Virus record (IMG/VR): IMGVR_UViG_3300033402_000750 | Coordinates: 1-36,562 of that record | Length of the DNA: 36,562 nt | Direction: 5' to 3' (one strand) | Source of the DNA: a virus | Lineage: Duplodnaviria > Caudoviricetes | Shown here: piece after piece, positions 27,118-35,539 of the stretch | Layout of the letters: each line of letters opens with the position of its first letter | Numbering within the stretch: the stretch's first letter is position 1 | The notes under the pieces: generated by a model | Seen by the model: only the letters and a program-made list of their open reading frames with translations | Databases searched by the model: none | Told to the model about the DNA's origin: nothing | Translations under genes and position numbers: made by a program

Positions 27118-27884
27118 GGTCAATCGTCCTCTCTGATGTTCACCTTGGGGCGACCTGCTCGAACGCCCCGGTTTTCGCGGCGTTCCTCAACTCCATCAAA
27201 GACGAGCATTTCAACCATGTGATCGTTATCGGGGATCTGGTCGATTTCTGGCGTACTGACAGTGCGAAGACCCTTGAGGGGAACATTGCGATCTTACGCG
27301 CACTCCGGGATCTCCATGCGGACCATTCCCATTACGTCATCGGCAATCACGACTATTCGATCCTCGGCATGGCGAGTAAGTACGGATGGAACCCGGTAGT
27401 TTCCAAGGGCCTTCATATCACTGAGGGAGGTCACAAATTCTACTTCACGCACGGATATGACATGGACGTTTTCTTGAACATGGAAAACTTACCTCTCGAT
27501 GTTTACGAGGCATTCAGTGAGGCCATGTGCCACGCTGATAGTACGATCGGGGGAATCGCAAGCAACCTGTGGGATATTCTCTCTATCTCGGCCTCGGATA
27601 TCCGGAAGGTCTGGAACATGCTGAAAAATCCCCATAAGCGAAAGAACCCGGATAGCCTTTACAAGTTCAGCACCTCCGGCGCTGCTCACTGGCTCTATGG
27701 GCTCGACCCGACAACCCGGCTGGTTTTCGGACACACTCACCGCCCGTTCATCAACAAGACGCACACCGTCGCAAATACCGGCTCCTGGTGTACCGATCCG
27801 GGCTGCTCGTTCACGAATACCTATGTGGATATCCGCGACGGAGAGATGGGCCTGAAACGGTATCTCGTCGAACGAAACTTGTAA
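27114..27884 (+). CDS. Calcineurin-like metallophosphoesterase (LpxH-like)
   Basis: SDVHLG, GDLVDFW, GNHD, THGY..D, FGHTH, NTGSW. Confidence 0.88.
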   Translation: MRSIVLSDVHLGATCSNAPVFAAFLNSIKDEHFNHVIVIGDLVDFWRTDSAKTLEGNIAILRALRDLHADHSHYVIGNHDYSILGMASKYGWNPVVSKGLHITEGGHKFYFTHGYDMDVFLNMENLPLDVYEAFSEAMCHADSTIGGIASNLWDILSISASDIRKVWNMLKNPHKRKNPDSLYKFSTSGAAHWLYGLDPTTRLVFGHTHRPFINKTHTVANTGSWCTDPGCSFTNTYVDIRDGEMGLKRYLVERNL

Positions 27885-27983
27885 AAAGAACATCAACGAA
27901 TCTTCTGAATAGAATAACAACGATATTGATTTATGAGATAGATAGCTAGTAAGATAGAGAATTAATTAGCATTACGGTCGAAT

Positions 27984-29081
27984 ATGACGCTCAAAAATAT
28001 TGCTATCGAAGGTTATAAATCAATAAAATCGCTCGATCTCGATCTTAACTCCCTTAACGTATTGATTGGTGCAAATGGTTCAGGAAAAACCAATTTCATT
28101 TCTATTTTCAAATTCCTTAATCAGCTAACTGAAGAAAATTTGAATCTCCATGTGAAAAAATCTGGAGGGGCCGATTCTTTCCTTTACTATGGCCAAAAAA
28201 ATTCAAATCACCTAGAAATTACCTTGAATTTCGGCCAAAATCTCTATAAATGTTCCTTAATACCTACAGTGAGCGATTCTTTTCTTTTTGAGAATGAGAA
28301 CGTTGCATTCCACAATAAGGAAAAATATCTTCAGCCATATTGGCTAACGTTAGGAACTGGACATCAAGAAACTTTGTTAAAAAGTAAGTTGTTAGACGTT
28401 AGCGAGATGAGAATAGCAAAATATGTTCTCGACTTTCTGAAAAGCTGGCGGGTATATCACTTCCATGATACAAGTGATACCGCACCAATGAAACGGCAGG
28501 GAGATCTTAACGATAATATTTATCTAAGACCAGATGCCGGTAACTTGGCAGCATATCTTTACCGTTTACAAAAAAAGAATCCTAATCACTATCAAAAAAT
28601 TCGTGATACAATTCAGTTGGTTGCACCATTCTTTGATGATTTCATCCTTCGGCCAATGCCAGAAAATGAGAATAAGATCCAACTTGAATGGCACGAAAAA
28701 GGATCAGATTATCCTTTTCTAGCATATCATCTCTCCGATGGGACGTTACGGTTCATCTGCTTGACAACACTCTTACTTCAACCACATCTTCCATCGACAA
28801 TTCTTATCGATGAACCTGAATTAGGGTTGCATCCATATGCGATAAACATATTAGCATCACTGATTAAGAGCGCTTCAACTAGAACCCAACTAATAATCTC
28901 AACACAATCAGTACCACTCGTTAACCAGTTTAATCTCGAAGATTTATTAGTTGTTAATCGAAAAAACCAAGCAACCGTCATAGAACGTCTCAAACCCGAA
29001 GAATTCGAATCCTGGCTTGTCGATTATTCAGTTGGCGAACTTTGGGAGAAGAATGTTATCGGGGGGAGACCCTCCCGATGA
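27984..29081 (+). CDS. ABC-type ATPase (AAA_15/AAA_21)
   Basis: Walker A GANGSGKTN, signature LSDGT, Walker B ILIDEPELGLHP, STQS switch. Confidence 0.9.
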   Translation: MTLKNIAIEGYKSIKSLDLDLNSLNVLIGANGSGKTNFISIFKFLNQLTEENLNLHVKKSGGADSFLYYGQKNSNHLEITLNFGQNLYKCSLIPTVSDSFLFENENVAFHNKEKYLQPYWLTLGTGHQETLLKSKLLDVSEMRIAKYVLDFLKSWRVYHFHDTSDTAPMKRQGDLNDNIYLRPDAGNLAAYLYRLQKKNPNHYQKIRDTIQLVAPFFDDFILRPMPENENKIQLEWHEKGSDYPFLAYHLSDGTLRFICLTTLLLQPHLPSTILIDEPELGLHPYAINILASLIKSASTRTQLIISTQSVPLVNQFNLEDLLVVNRKNQATVIERLKPEEFESWLVDYSVGELWEKNVIGGRPSR

Positions 29082-29764
29082 ATACTGATACGCGAATAAA
29101 CGTGGTTACTGAAGGTCCAACTGAAGAGACCTTCGTTAATGCCGTTCTTGTCGATCATCTTCAACAGTTCAGGATTTTTGATGTTCGTGCTCATAGTATC
29201 ACCACCGGATATACTAAGGGACGTCCGCATAGAGGGGGATTTTTACGATATGATCATTTAGAGCGGGATATCCTCAATTGGCTCCGACAAGATCCGAGAG
29301 CAGTTGTTACAACAATGGTTGATTTGTATGGATTACCTTCAGATTTTCCAAACAAGGAGATGTTTATCCACGAGCCAAATCCTTTTACAAAAGTGGAAAA
29401 AGCGGAAACTGAATTTGCCAATAAAATTAATAACCCCAGATTTGTCCCTTATATCCAGCTTCACGAATTTGAAGGGATATTGTTCAGTGACGTTCAACAA
29501 ATTCATCAATCTATGATTCCATCCGGCAGCTCACACGCAGATTTACGAAAGTTACAAACAATTCGTGCAGAGTTTCACACACCAGAAGAAATTAATGATA
29601 ATCCACAGACCGCTCCTTCAAAAAGGATATTGGGAATTTATCCATCATTTCAAAAACCCACTGATGGAATAATTATTGCAAAAAGAATTGGAATCAATGC
29701 AATTAGAAGAGAATGCTCTCATTTTAACAAATGGTTATTGCAATTAGAATCACTTTCCCAATAA
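29078..29764 (+). CDS. DUF4276-like TOPRIM-type protein
   Basis: VVTEGPTEE, TTMVDLYGLPSDFP, PYIQLHEFEG.LFSD, PEEINDNPQTAPSKRI, C.HF..W; ATGA overlap with ATPase. Confidence 0.85.
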   Translation: MNTDTRINVVTEGPTEETFVNAVLVDHLQQFRIFDVRAHSITTGYTKGRPHRGGFLRYDHLERDILNWLRQDPRAVVTTMVDLYGLPSDFPNKEMFIHEPNPFTKVEKAETEFANKINNPRFVPYIQLHEFEGILFSDVQQIHQSMIPSGSSHADLRKLQTIRAEFHTPEEINDNPQTAPSKRILGIYPSFQKPTDGIIIAKRIGINAIRRECSHFNKWLLQLESLSQ

Positions 29765-29833
29765 CTCTCGATAAGAATAGTTTTTCTAAATAAAGATTTT
29801 TGAAAATTGGGAGATGTTGTATTCTTATTTTTC

Positions 29834-31141
29834 TCAAGCCATCGCACTTCGGAAGTCATATCTCACAACCCCATTATCAAGGCACGAATCCACTTCGAGA
29901 ACTTTCCTGTATATCTGAATATAATCGGGGTTTAATTCACACCCGATACTTGAGCGGTTAAGATCTCTGGCGACCTTTGCCGTAGTGCCTGAACCCATGA
30001 ATGGATCGAGCACGATGCACGGCACCGGATCCCCGGCTCCACAACTGCAGTTTGGCTTCCATCCTTTGAACTCCCGATGGTATCCTTTCGTTGGCATCCC
30101 ACCGACTTGACCGGTCACATCGTCGTTTTCATGCGGATGCCAGGATTTCCCTATCGTCCCTCCCGAGCATTCAATAATTCGAACATATGGGGCTCCGCAC
30201 TTCGGGCAGCATCCGTACTCTGAGGTGCCGGCACTGATACACCGTTTCGGGATCTCCTCCGGAAACGTTGCGAAATGGGCTTCAGGTCGTGCCTTTGTGT
30301 TGATCTTCCATACCGTTCGTGCATTCCTTGTTTTACCATCACAGAGTGGCTTTCCATCTGCCCTTGTATTGCCCGAATGACCTTTGAGGTTGTTACTTTC
30401 CTGTGCCATTTTGTTTTTGTACCGCTCATTGAACCCGGTGTAGGTAGCGTTACCGGTTTGATCTTGTTTCTTGAACTGAGCAGGTGCGTTCTTATGCCGG
30501 CATAATTTCCCATTATACCGTCGCATTCGGTGGATCCCCTGAGGCCGTTTTTCACGGGTTACTGCCGGCTCCCGGATCGCATTGGCGTCATAGAAATATT
30601 TCGGGCTTTTGGTGAGCAGGAAGATATATTCATGGCTTGAGGTTGGTCGGTCCTTCACGGAAGCGGGCATGGGGTTTGGCTTGTGCCAAATTATGTCGGA
30701 CCGGAGATACCAACCATCAGCACGAAGCGCGAGTGCCACGAGCCATGGGATCCCGAGCAGGTCTTTTGGCTTGATTCTGAATTTACCTCCACGAATACCT
30801 TTCCGGTTCTGATATCGTGTACTATTCCTTGTGTGAAGATCCTGATGATCGGGATGCGTTTCTTTGTATTTCTCGATATAGACGCCGTTCGATGCGTAGG
30901 AATCCCCGAGATTGAGGAAAAGGGTGCCATCAATCCTGAGAACTCGTTTTACCTCCTGAAAAACTTCCACAATCTTTTCTACATAATCTTCCGGAGTCCC
31001 TTCCAAGCCAATCTGGCCTTCTACACCGTAATTCCGGAGCCCAAAATAAGGCGGGCTTGTCACTACGCAATGCACTGAGTTGTCTGGCAGCGTTTTTAAA
31101 CAATCAATGACATCGCCTTCGATAACCGTGTGACTGGTCAC
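29834..31141 (-). CDS. Orphan DNA methyltransferase (N4-C/N6-A, beta class)
   Basis: VTSPPY near N-terminus; IIWHKPNPMP; HFATFP; VLDPFMGSGTT and GCELNPDY at C-terminus. Confidence 0.92.
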   Translation of the reverse strand: MTSHTVIEGDVIDCLKTLPDNSVHCVVTSPPYFGLRNYGVEGQIGLEGTPEDYVEKIVEVFQEVKRVLRIDGTLFLNLGDSYASNGVYIEKYKETHPDHQDLHTRNSTRYQNRKGIRGGKFRIKPKDLLGIPWLVALALRADGWYLRSDIIWHKPNPMPASVKDRPTSSHEYIFLLTKSPKYFYDANAIREPAVTREKRPQGIHRMRRYNGKLCRHKNAPAQFKKQDQTGNATYTGFNERYKNKMAQESNNLKGHSGNTRADGKPLCDGKTRNARTVWKINTKARPEAHFATFPEEIPKRCISAGTSEYGCCPKCGAPYVRIIECSGGTIGKSWHPHENDDVTGQVGGMPTKGYHREFKGWKPNCSCGAGDPVPCIVLDPFMGSGTTAKVARDLNRSSIGCELNPDYIQIYRKVLEVDSCLDNGVVRYDFRSAMA

Positions 31142-31689
31142 ACGACCCTCCGGACGGCATCCGGCCTGGGCATACCATCTCTTGCGAAAAAATGGTGGAT
31201 CCCCCGCTCTTCAGCAAACCGGAATTCCTGAGATGCACCTTTGCTCGATGCCCATCCTTCGAGTAACAGGATTGCATCGCTTTTTGCGAGGAAAGCGAGA
31301 TCTTTGCCTATCCAGTCATCATAACTGAAATCCGCATGCACATGAAATCCGGCAAAATTCTTGTGCGGGATATACGCGGCCCACCCGAGTCGGCAACACT
31401 CAAGGCCGGTCTGTTCAGCCCGGGTGATGTTTGCCTGAATACCGGCGTCATCAGCAGCTGTGTACGGCCCGGCAATGTAAATCAAAGGAGGGAAGTCATA
31501 TACTCGCTCATACAGGAAAATGCGGTCCCGCTGAGTAGCGAGATCCGATAGCCGGATATAGTATCTCCGGTGACCCCCGAAGACCTGCACCCGGCAGTAT
31601 CCCTGATCCTCGGGTTCGATCGTATCCCAGGTCTTTTCCCGGGTGCGTAACAGGAGTTCTTTGGAGGTCTTCACGTACCGGCTGTTCAT
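31138..31689 (-). CDS. DUF4406/DUF1937-like (nucleoside deoxyribosyltransferase fold) protein
   Basis: IYIAGPYT, YIPH, DAILLLEGWASSKGASQE..FA; start likely ATG 31689. Confidence 0.78.
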   Translation of the reverse strand: MNSRYVKTSKELLLRTREKTWDTIEPEDQGYCRVQVFGGHRRYYIRLSDLATQRDRIFLYERVYDFPPLIYIAGPYTAADDAGIQANITRAEQTGLECCRLGWAAYIPHKNFAGFHVHADFSYDDWIGKDLAFLAKSDAILLLEGWASSKGASQEFRFAEERGIHHFFARDGMPRPDAVRRVV

Positions 31690-32078
31690 GCTATCGCCCT
31701 TTTGATATGCCATCTCGGATCGAACTGGCTTACGGGGATTCGTATATACGCTTCCTCCCCTTTGTCAAAGACCTCTATCGTTTCTTCGGGCTTTTTCGAT
31801 TCGGCGACCATTTCGAGGGTTTTTTGTTCCTCGGTTTTCAAGCGTATATACATTTCAAGTTCCTTGATATTCTTCGATTCAAGTTCTTTGAAATCCTGAA
31901 GAAGTTCAGGAGTAAGTCGGTGATCGTTGTCGGCAATCCGCATCCGTATATAAAACTGAATGCCGGCTGCCAGGGCATCCGCAAACTCGATATTGAGAGC
32001 TTTTGCAATCTTATGGAGTTTCCTTTCAAGGGAGACCGCAGTCGTGCACCTATCCTGATACTTCTGATGGGCTGGCAA
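31686..32078 (-). CDS. RHH-like (CcdA/VapB-type N-terminus) + coiled-coil protein
   Basis: TTAVSLERKLHKIAKALNIEFADALAAGI; TTG start. Confidence 0.5.
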   Translation of the reverse strand: MPAHQKYQDRCTTAVSLERKLHKIAKALNIEFADALAAGIQFYIRMRIADNDHRLTPELLQDFKELESKNIKELEMYIRLKTEEQKTLEMVAESKKPEETIEVFDKGEEAYIRIPVSQFDPRWHIKRAIA

Positions 32079-32210
32079 TCAGACCAACCCCGTAATTTCC
32101 TGTAGAACCGGAAAAAAGAGGCTTAACGCTGAAGCAAATATAACATATATACATATATATATTATATACGGTTCCCGGTAGCTAGTAGTAGTAGGGGGAT
32201 CCGAACACAT
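32079..32210 (-). CDS. 43-aa hydrophobic peptide (not in track)
   Basis: TGATG overlap with the upstream stop; its stop abuts the next TTG; MCSDPPTTTSYREPYIIYICIYVIFASALSLFFPVLQEITGLV*. Confidence 0.45.
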   Translation of the reverse strand: MCSDPPTTTSYREPYIIYICIYVIFASALSLFFPVLQEITGLV

Positions 32211-33055
32211 CATTGCATCCTCTCTTCGGCGGTCCAGATCAGGGTGCGGAACGTCTCATTGACTGATTTATTCTCGATCTTTCCCTCGGCCTTCATCTGA
32301 ACCATCACGGTTGCCAGGGCAGCTTGCTCTTTTGGAGTCCAGTTGCCTTTTACGGCTGTCGTGATCAACGCATCTGCCTCGGCATCGGTCTTTTTCTCAT
32401 GCATGATAACCAGGGGCGGTTGTTCGTGCAGGTGCATGCCATGAGGCTCGATGTGGTTCCCGGTCACGAATCCATGTGCAGGCGCTTTGTCGTGTTTCAG
32501 CTCCTCCTCAATCGATGTATTCTCTGGCAATGGTGGAGGCACCACCTCAATGGTTTGTGTGACCAGTAACTCAGAACCCTCTCTCTTTTTCACTACTTCC
32601 GATAACGGCTCCTGAGGCGGGGCACTCGATACCGGCATTGACCCTGGCTGCGGGGTGAACTTGTCATGGTTCGGATGGTCTTTTGGTGGTTGCGTGAAGG
32701 GTTTTTTACCCTCTTTTTTGTAATCTTCCGTGTATTCAAGACGGACTTCTTTGAGAGCCTGATCAATTATTTTTTTAATTTCCGCCTCTGTTAATCGATG
32801 ATTTTTGAGAAATTTACCTGTTACGGGGAGCTTTCCAGATTCTAACGATTTTTGCGCGGACGATAGGGCTTTTTCTCGAACATTCTCGTCTTTTACGCGA
32901 ATCAGAGCGATTATTGCCCTCGTTGAGCAATCCGAGAAATCGGAATGACTCGCGCAAAATTTCGCAGCTTGCTTAACTTCTGAGACGGTTTTTTCATCGA
33001 GACCGCATTCTTTAGCTGCCTCGTCGATGTGCTCCCGACACCATTGGGACCTCAA
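32210..33055 (-). CDS. Hypothetical early protein (helical, HTH-like N-terminus, Pro-rich linker)
   Basis: IDEAAKECGLDEKTVSE HTH-like segment; overlaps the upstream stop. Confidence 0.55.
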   Translation of the reverse strand: MRSQWCREHIDEAAKECGLDEKTVSEVKQAAKFCASHSDFSDCSTRAIIALIRVKDENVREKALSSAQKSLESGKLPVTGKFLKNHRLTEAEIKKIIDQALKEVRLEYTEDYKKEGKKPFTQPPKDHPNHDKFTPQPGSMPVSSAPPQEPLSEVVKKREGSELLVTQTIEVVPPPLPENTSIEEELKHDKAPAHGFVTGNHIEPHGMHLHEQPPLVIMHEKKTDAEADALITTAVKGNWTPKEQAALATVMVQMKAEGKIENKSVNETFRTLIWTAEERMQ

Positions 33056-34116
33056 TCAGATCCCTCTTTGAAGGTGAACAGGTTTCGGAGGCCCCTGTTG
33101 AGGAGTTTAACCATCCCCGCTGCCCAGATTTTACTTCCACCCGTATTATGGAAATATTGGGCTTCTTTTGCGGCCTTGGTTAAACGTGTTGCTCCGATAG
33201 TTTGGATCCGGTGTCTCAGTCTCGGATCAGTGAGATCGACGGTGAGGTTCGATCCCAGATAAAAAAGACCGGCCACCAGCATTTCAGGGATCGGGATCTC
33301 CTGGCAGATGTCAGCGACAAGTTCCATCGTTTGTTCAAAACGAGTCGAACTTGTCTTTGCCATATGATAACAGAATCCAACTGCGGAAAATGAGAGCGGG
33401 CTCTTTGCGCCTTTAACGAGACGAATATTGTGTTGCTTTAACACCCTGTCGATATAGAGAGAATCCGGATCAAGTGCAACCAGCCCGGCATTAAATTTAT
33501 AGAGGATACTGACGGGCTTTCTGTTAATATTTGCATTAATGAACGCCCGGGCTTCTTCCTCTATGGAATCAAAATGATAAACTTCGCAGGGAACTGTTGT
33601 GATATCTGACCGGCTCAAGGTAGCAGTCCACCGGTGAGATCCATCAAAGATATACAGACCTTTATCCTGTCTTTCGGCGACACCGATCCTCCCAAACGCG
33701 GTCCAGTCAAAATGAGCCTGAATTTCCTGGACTTTTGGAATAGATACCGGTCTCTGGTAGTGCTCGTAATCAACTTTTAATTGTTCCTTTGGGATATTGC
33801 GAGGTTTCCCAAGTTTCCCATTAATTTCTCCCCATCCGAATTGTTGAATTTTGTCGAGTTTTACTCCGTGAGGTGTTGAAACATAATCCTTCATTGGCAT
33901 ATCATCCGTCCTTTTTTTGACACCGATCATCTCCTTGTTTTCCTCTATGGTACCGGACTTTTGGTTCACGAGATACGTATCCAGTGAATCCGAATCGACC
34001 ATCGCTCCTAACGAAGTCTCGACTGGCTTGATATACCCCATCCCAACAAGGTCGTAAACACGGGCTATCGGTATCTTTGACCGTGCTGCTGCCTCCGGAA
34101 AAGAGATCGCGGTCAC
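33052..34116 (-). CDS. Xis-like HTH fused to ParB/Srx-like (DUF6551-like) domain
   Basis: N-term ISFPEAAARSKIPIARVYDLV..GYI; LKVD..YQR, FDW..FG.I.V..R, YIFDGSHR, EEARAF..AN. Confidence 0.7.
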   Translation of the reverse strand: MTAISFPEAAARSKIPIARVYDLVGMGYIKPVETSLGAMVDSDSLDTYLVNQKSGTIEENKEMIGVKKRTDDMPMKDYVSTPHGVKLDKIQQFGWGEINGKLGKPRNIPKEQLKVDYEHYQRPVSIPKVQEIQAHFDWTAFGRIGVAERQDKGLYIFDGSHRWTATLSRSDITTVPCEVYHFDSIEEEARAFINANINRKPVSILYKFNAGLVALDPDSLYIDRVLKQHNIRLVKGAKSPLSFSAVGFCYHMAKTSSTRFEQTMELVADICQEIPIPEMLVAGLFYLGSNLTVDLTDPRLRHRIQTIGATRLTKAAKEAQYFHNTGGSKIWAAGMVKLLNRGLRNLFTFKEGSD

Positions 34117-34619
34117 GAACCCACCCCCGCTACGGCATCGATAAGCGCCTGAGCGTCTTTCTTCGCACGCCCGACAGCGATATCCATCACCCGGTTGAAT
34201 TCATCCTCGTCAAAGGTCTGATCCGGTTGGAGCACCAGCACCCGGACCGTTTCGCAGCATTCCTTGTAGCAGTCAACATAGACGTCAAGATGTTCATTTT
34301 TGTTAACGTTGTTAACATCCTTGACATCCTTTGGGGGAGCTGCTTCTATCAAAACGATGGCAATCAATCGTTCACCGTCGTACTCGATCCTGACATTGTC
34401 ACCCGCTTTGAACCTCGAAAGGGCCGGATCCTGGTTGGGAGTCCACGCGAGTATGTCGCCACCTTTGATAGCAATTTTGCGTTTCTCGCGATTGAACGAG
34501 ATGATCCTTCCCTCGAAAACATTGATGTTATCAAGAGTCGTTCCTTTTCTGGCAGACTTCCCCTCGTTCGCTTGCAGGCACTGAGCGGGACTGCCACCTT
34601 CAGATGTTTTAGTTTCCAT
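34113..34619 (-). CDS. Putative OB-fold nucleic-acid binding protein
   Basis: EGRIISFNREKRKIAI...FKAGDNVRIEYDG; RBS GGAGGGTG, ATG 34619. Confidence 0.5.
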   Translation of the reverse strand: METKTSEGGSPAQCLQANEGKSARKGTTLDNINVFEGRIISFNREKRKIAIKGGDILAWTPNQDPALSRFKAGDNVRIEYDGERLIAIVLIEAAPPKDVKDVNNVNKNEHLDVYVDCYKECCETVRVLVLQPDQTFDEDEFNRVMDIAVGRAKKDAQALIDAVAGVGS

Positions 34620-34752
34620 TCCACCCTCCGTTTTTCCTGATGACCACAACTTTACCGGTAGCTTTCATTTTCTCGATCCAATCCCTGTCTTCCGGGCGTC
34701 GGGCGAGGAAATCCGCGATAGTCCTCTCGTGAACCGTCAGGGCTTCTGTCAT
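34609..34752 (-). CDS. Small 47-aa hypothetical protein
   Basis: ATG 34752 overlaps the stop of the RHH gene (ATGA). Confidence 0.5.
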   Translation of the reverse strand: MTEALTVHERTIADFLARRPEDRDWIEKMKATGKVVVIRKNGGWNGN

Positions 34753-34898
34753 GCCGTACTCTCCATTGCACCACGCAGGATGTGCCGCACATAATCGGAA
34801 CGGTCGTGAAATTCGCTCCTCTCTCGCCAGGTTTTGTCGATCTTGGTGAGCAGCCCTTTTGGGAGCTTCACCGTCATAGGTACAAGTTCCTGTCTCAT
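34749..34898 (-). CDS. 49-aa ribbon-helix-helix (CopG/Arc) regulator (not in track)
   Basis: RBS GGAGG; MRQELVPMTVKLPKGLLTKIDKTWRERSEFHDRSDYVRHILRGAMESTA* fits the RHH pattern (TVKLP..L...ID.....RS..VR..L). Confidence 0.8.
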   Translation of the reverse strand: MRQELVPMTVKLPKGLLTKIDKTWRERSEFHDRSDYVRHILRGAMESTA

Positions 34899-34984
34899 TT
34901 TCCTCCAATTGGATTATTGTAATTCAATTGGCTTACGAAATCTTATTAAACATATAGTAATCTTATAGTAATACGGTATTACAG
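34899..34984. promoter_or_regulatory. Divergent promoter/operator region
   Basis: AT-rich; perfect inverted repeat GTAATAC-G-GTATTAC (34968-34982), tandem ATAGTAAT, two CAATTG palindromes. Confidence 0.65.
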
Positions 34985-35326
34985 ATGCGTGAAAAGAAGC
35001 GGCAAAATGAGAAGTCCATCACCGTGAAGATGGATGCATCTTTGGCCGAGAAAATTGATAACAAACGGTGGGAAAAAAAGACCGACCGCACCACCCAGGT
35101 GGTAAATGCTTGTGAGTTTTACGTTTCGGCGATAACCTGTCCAAAGTGTGGAACGCTGAACGATCAGAAGGCAAATTATTGTTCCGTGTGCCTGGAACCG
35201 CTCAGCGAAACAGCAATCGGGAAAGAAAAAATGCGGGAGATCCTGGATTCCATCGTTACAAACGATCCCCGGTACCAGAAGGTGCTGAAGTACGTTGAGA
35301 ACCTGGCAAAGTCGCCACAACGATAA
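34985..35326 (+). CDS. RHH + Zn-ribbon regulator (candidate repressor)
   Basis: SITVKMDASLAEKID...DRTTQV; CPKCG...YCSVC. Confidence 0.72.
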   Translation: MREKKRQNEKSITVKMDASLAEKIDNKRWEKKTDRTTQVVNACEFYVSAITCPKCGTLNDQKANYCSVCLEPLSETAIGKEKMREILDSIVTNDPRYQKVLKYVENLAKSPQR

Positions 35327-35539
35327 TTCCCCCCTCCTGGACTAACACCCGTGCAAAACCCCCTTTTATTGGATCTTTTTTACAGTAATCTTCGAAAAAT
35401 TCTCTTTCAATTTCAGTGACAGGGTGTTCGTTTTTATCTGCAATCAGCTACACTCACCCGCATGACACTGATTGCCAGAAAGGATATTATCTGAGCCGTG
35501 GGGTGTGAAAGTAAAAAATGGATGAAGGCAGAATTGTCA

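Noticed and set aside
30000-30260. Intein in the methyltransferase
   Set aside because: The insertion is short and lacks C-terminal HN-C/S/T splice motifs; it is better explained as a Zn-binding insert.
34609-34908. 99-aa ORF as called in the track
   Set aside because: Its 5' half overlaps a better RHH ORF in another frame with an RBS; the real start is probably ATG 34752.
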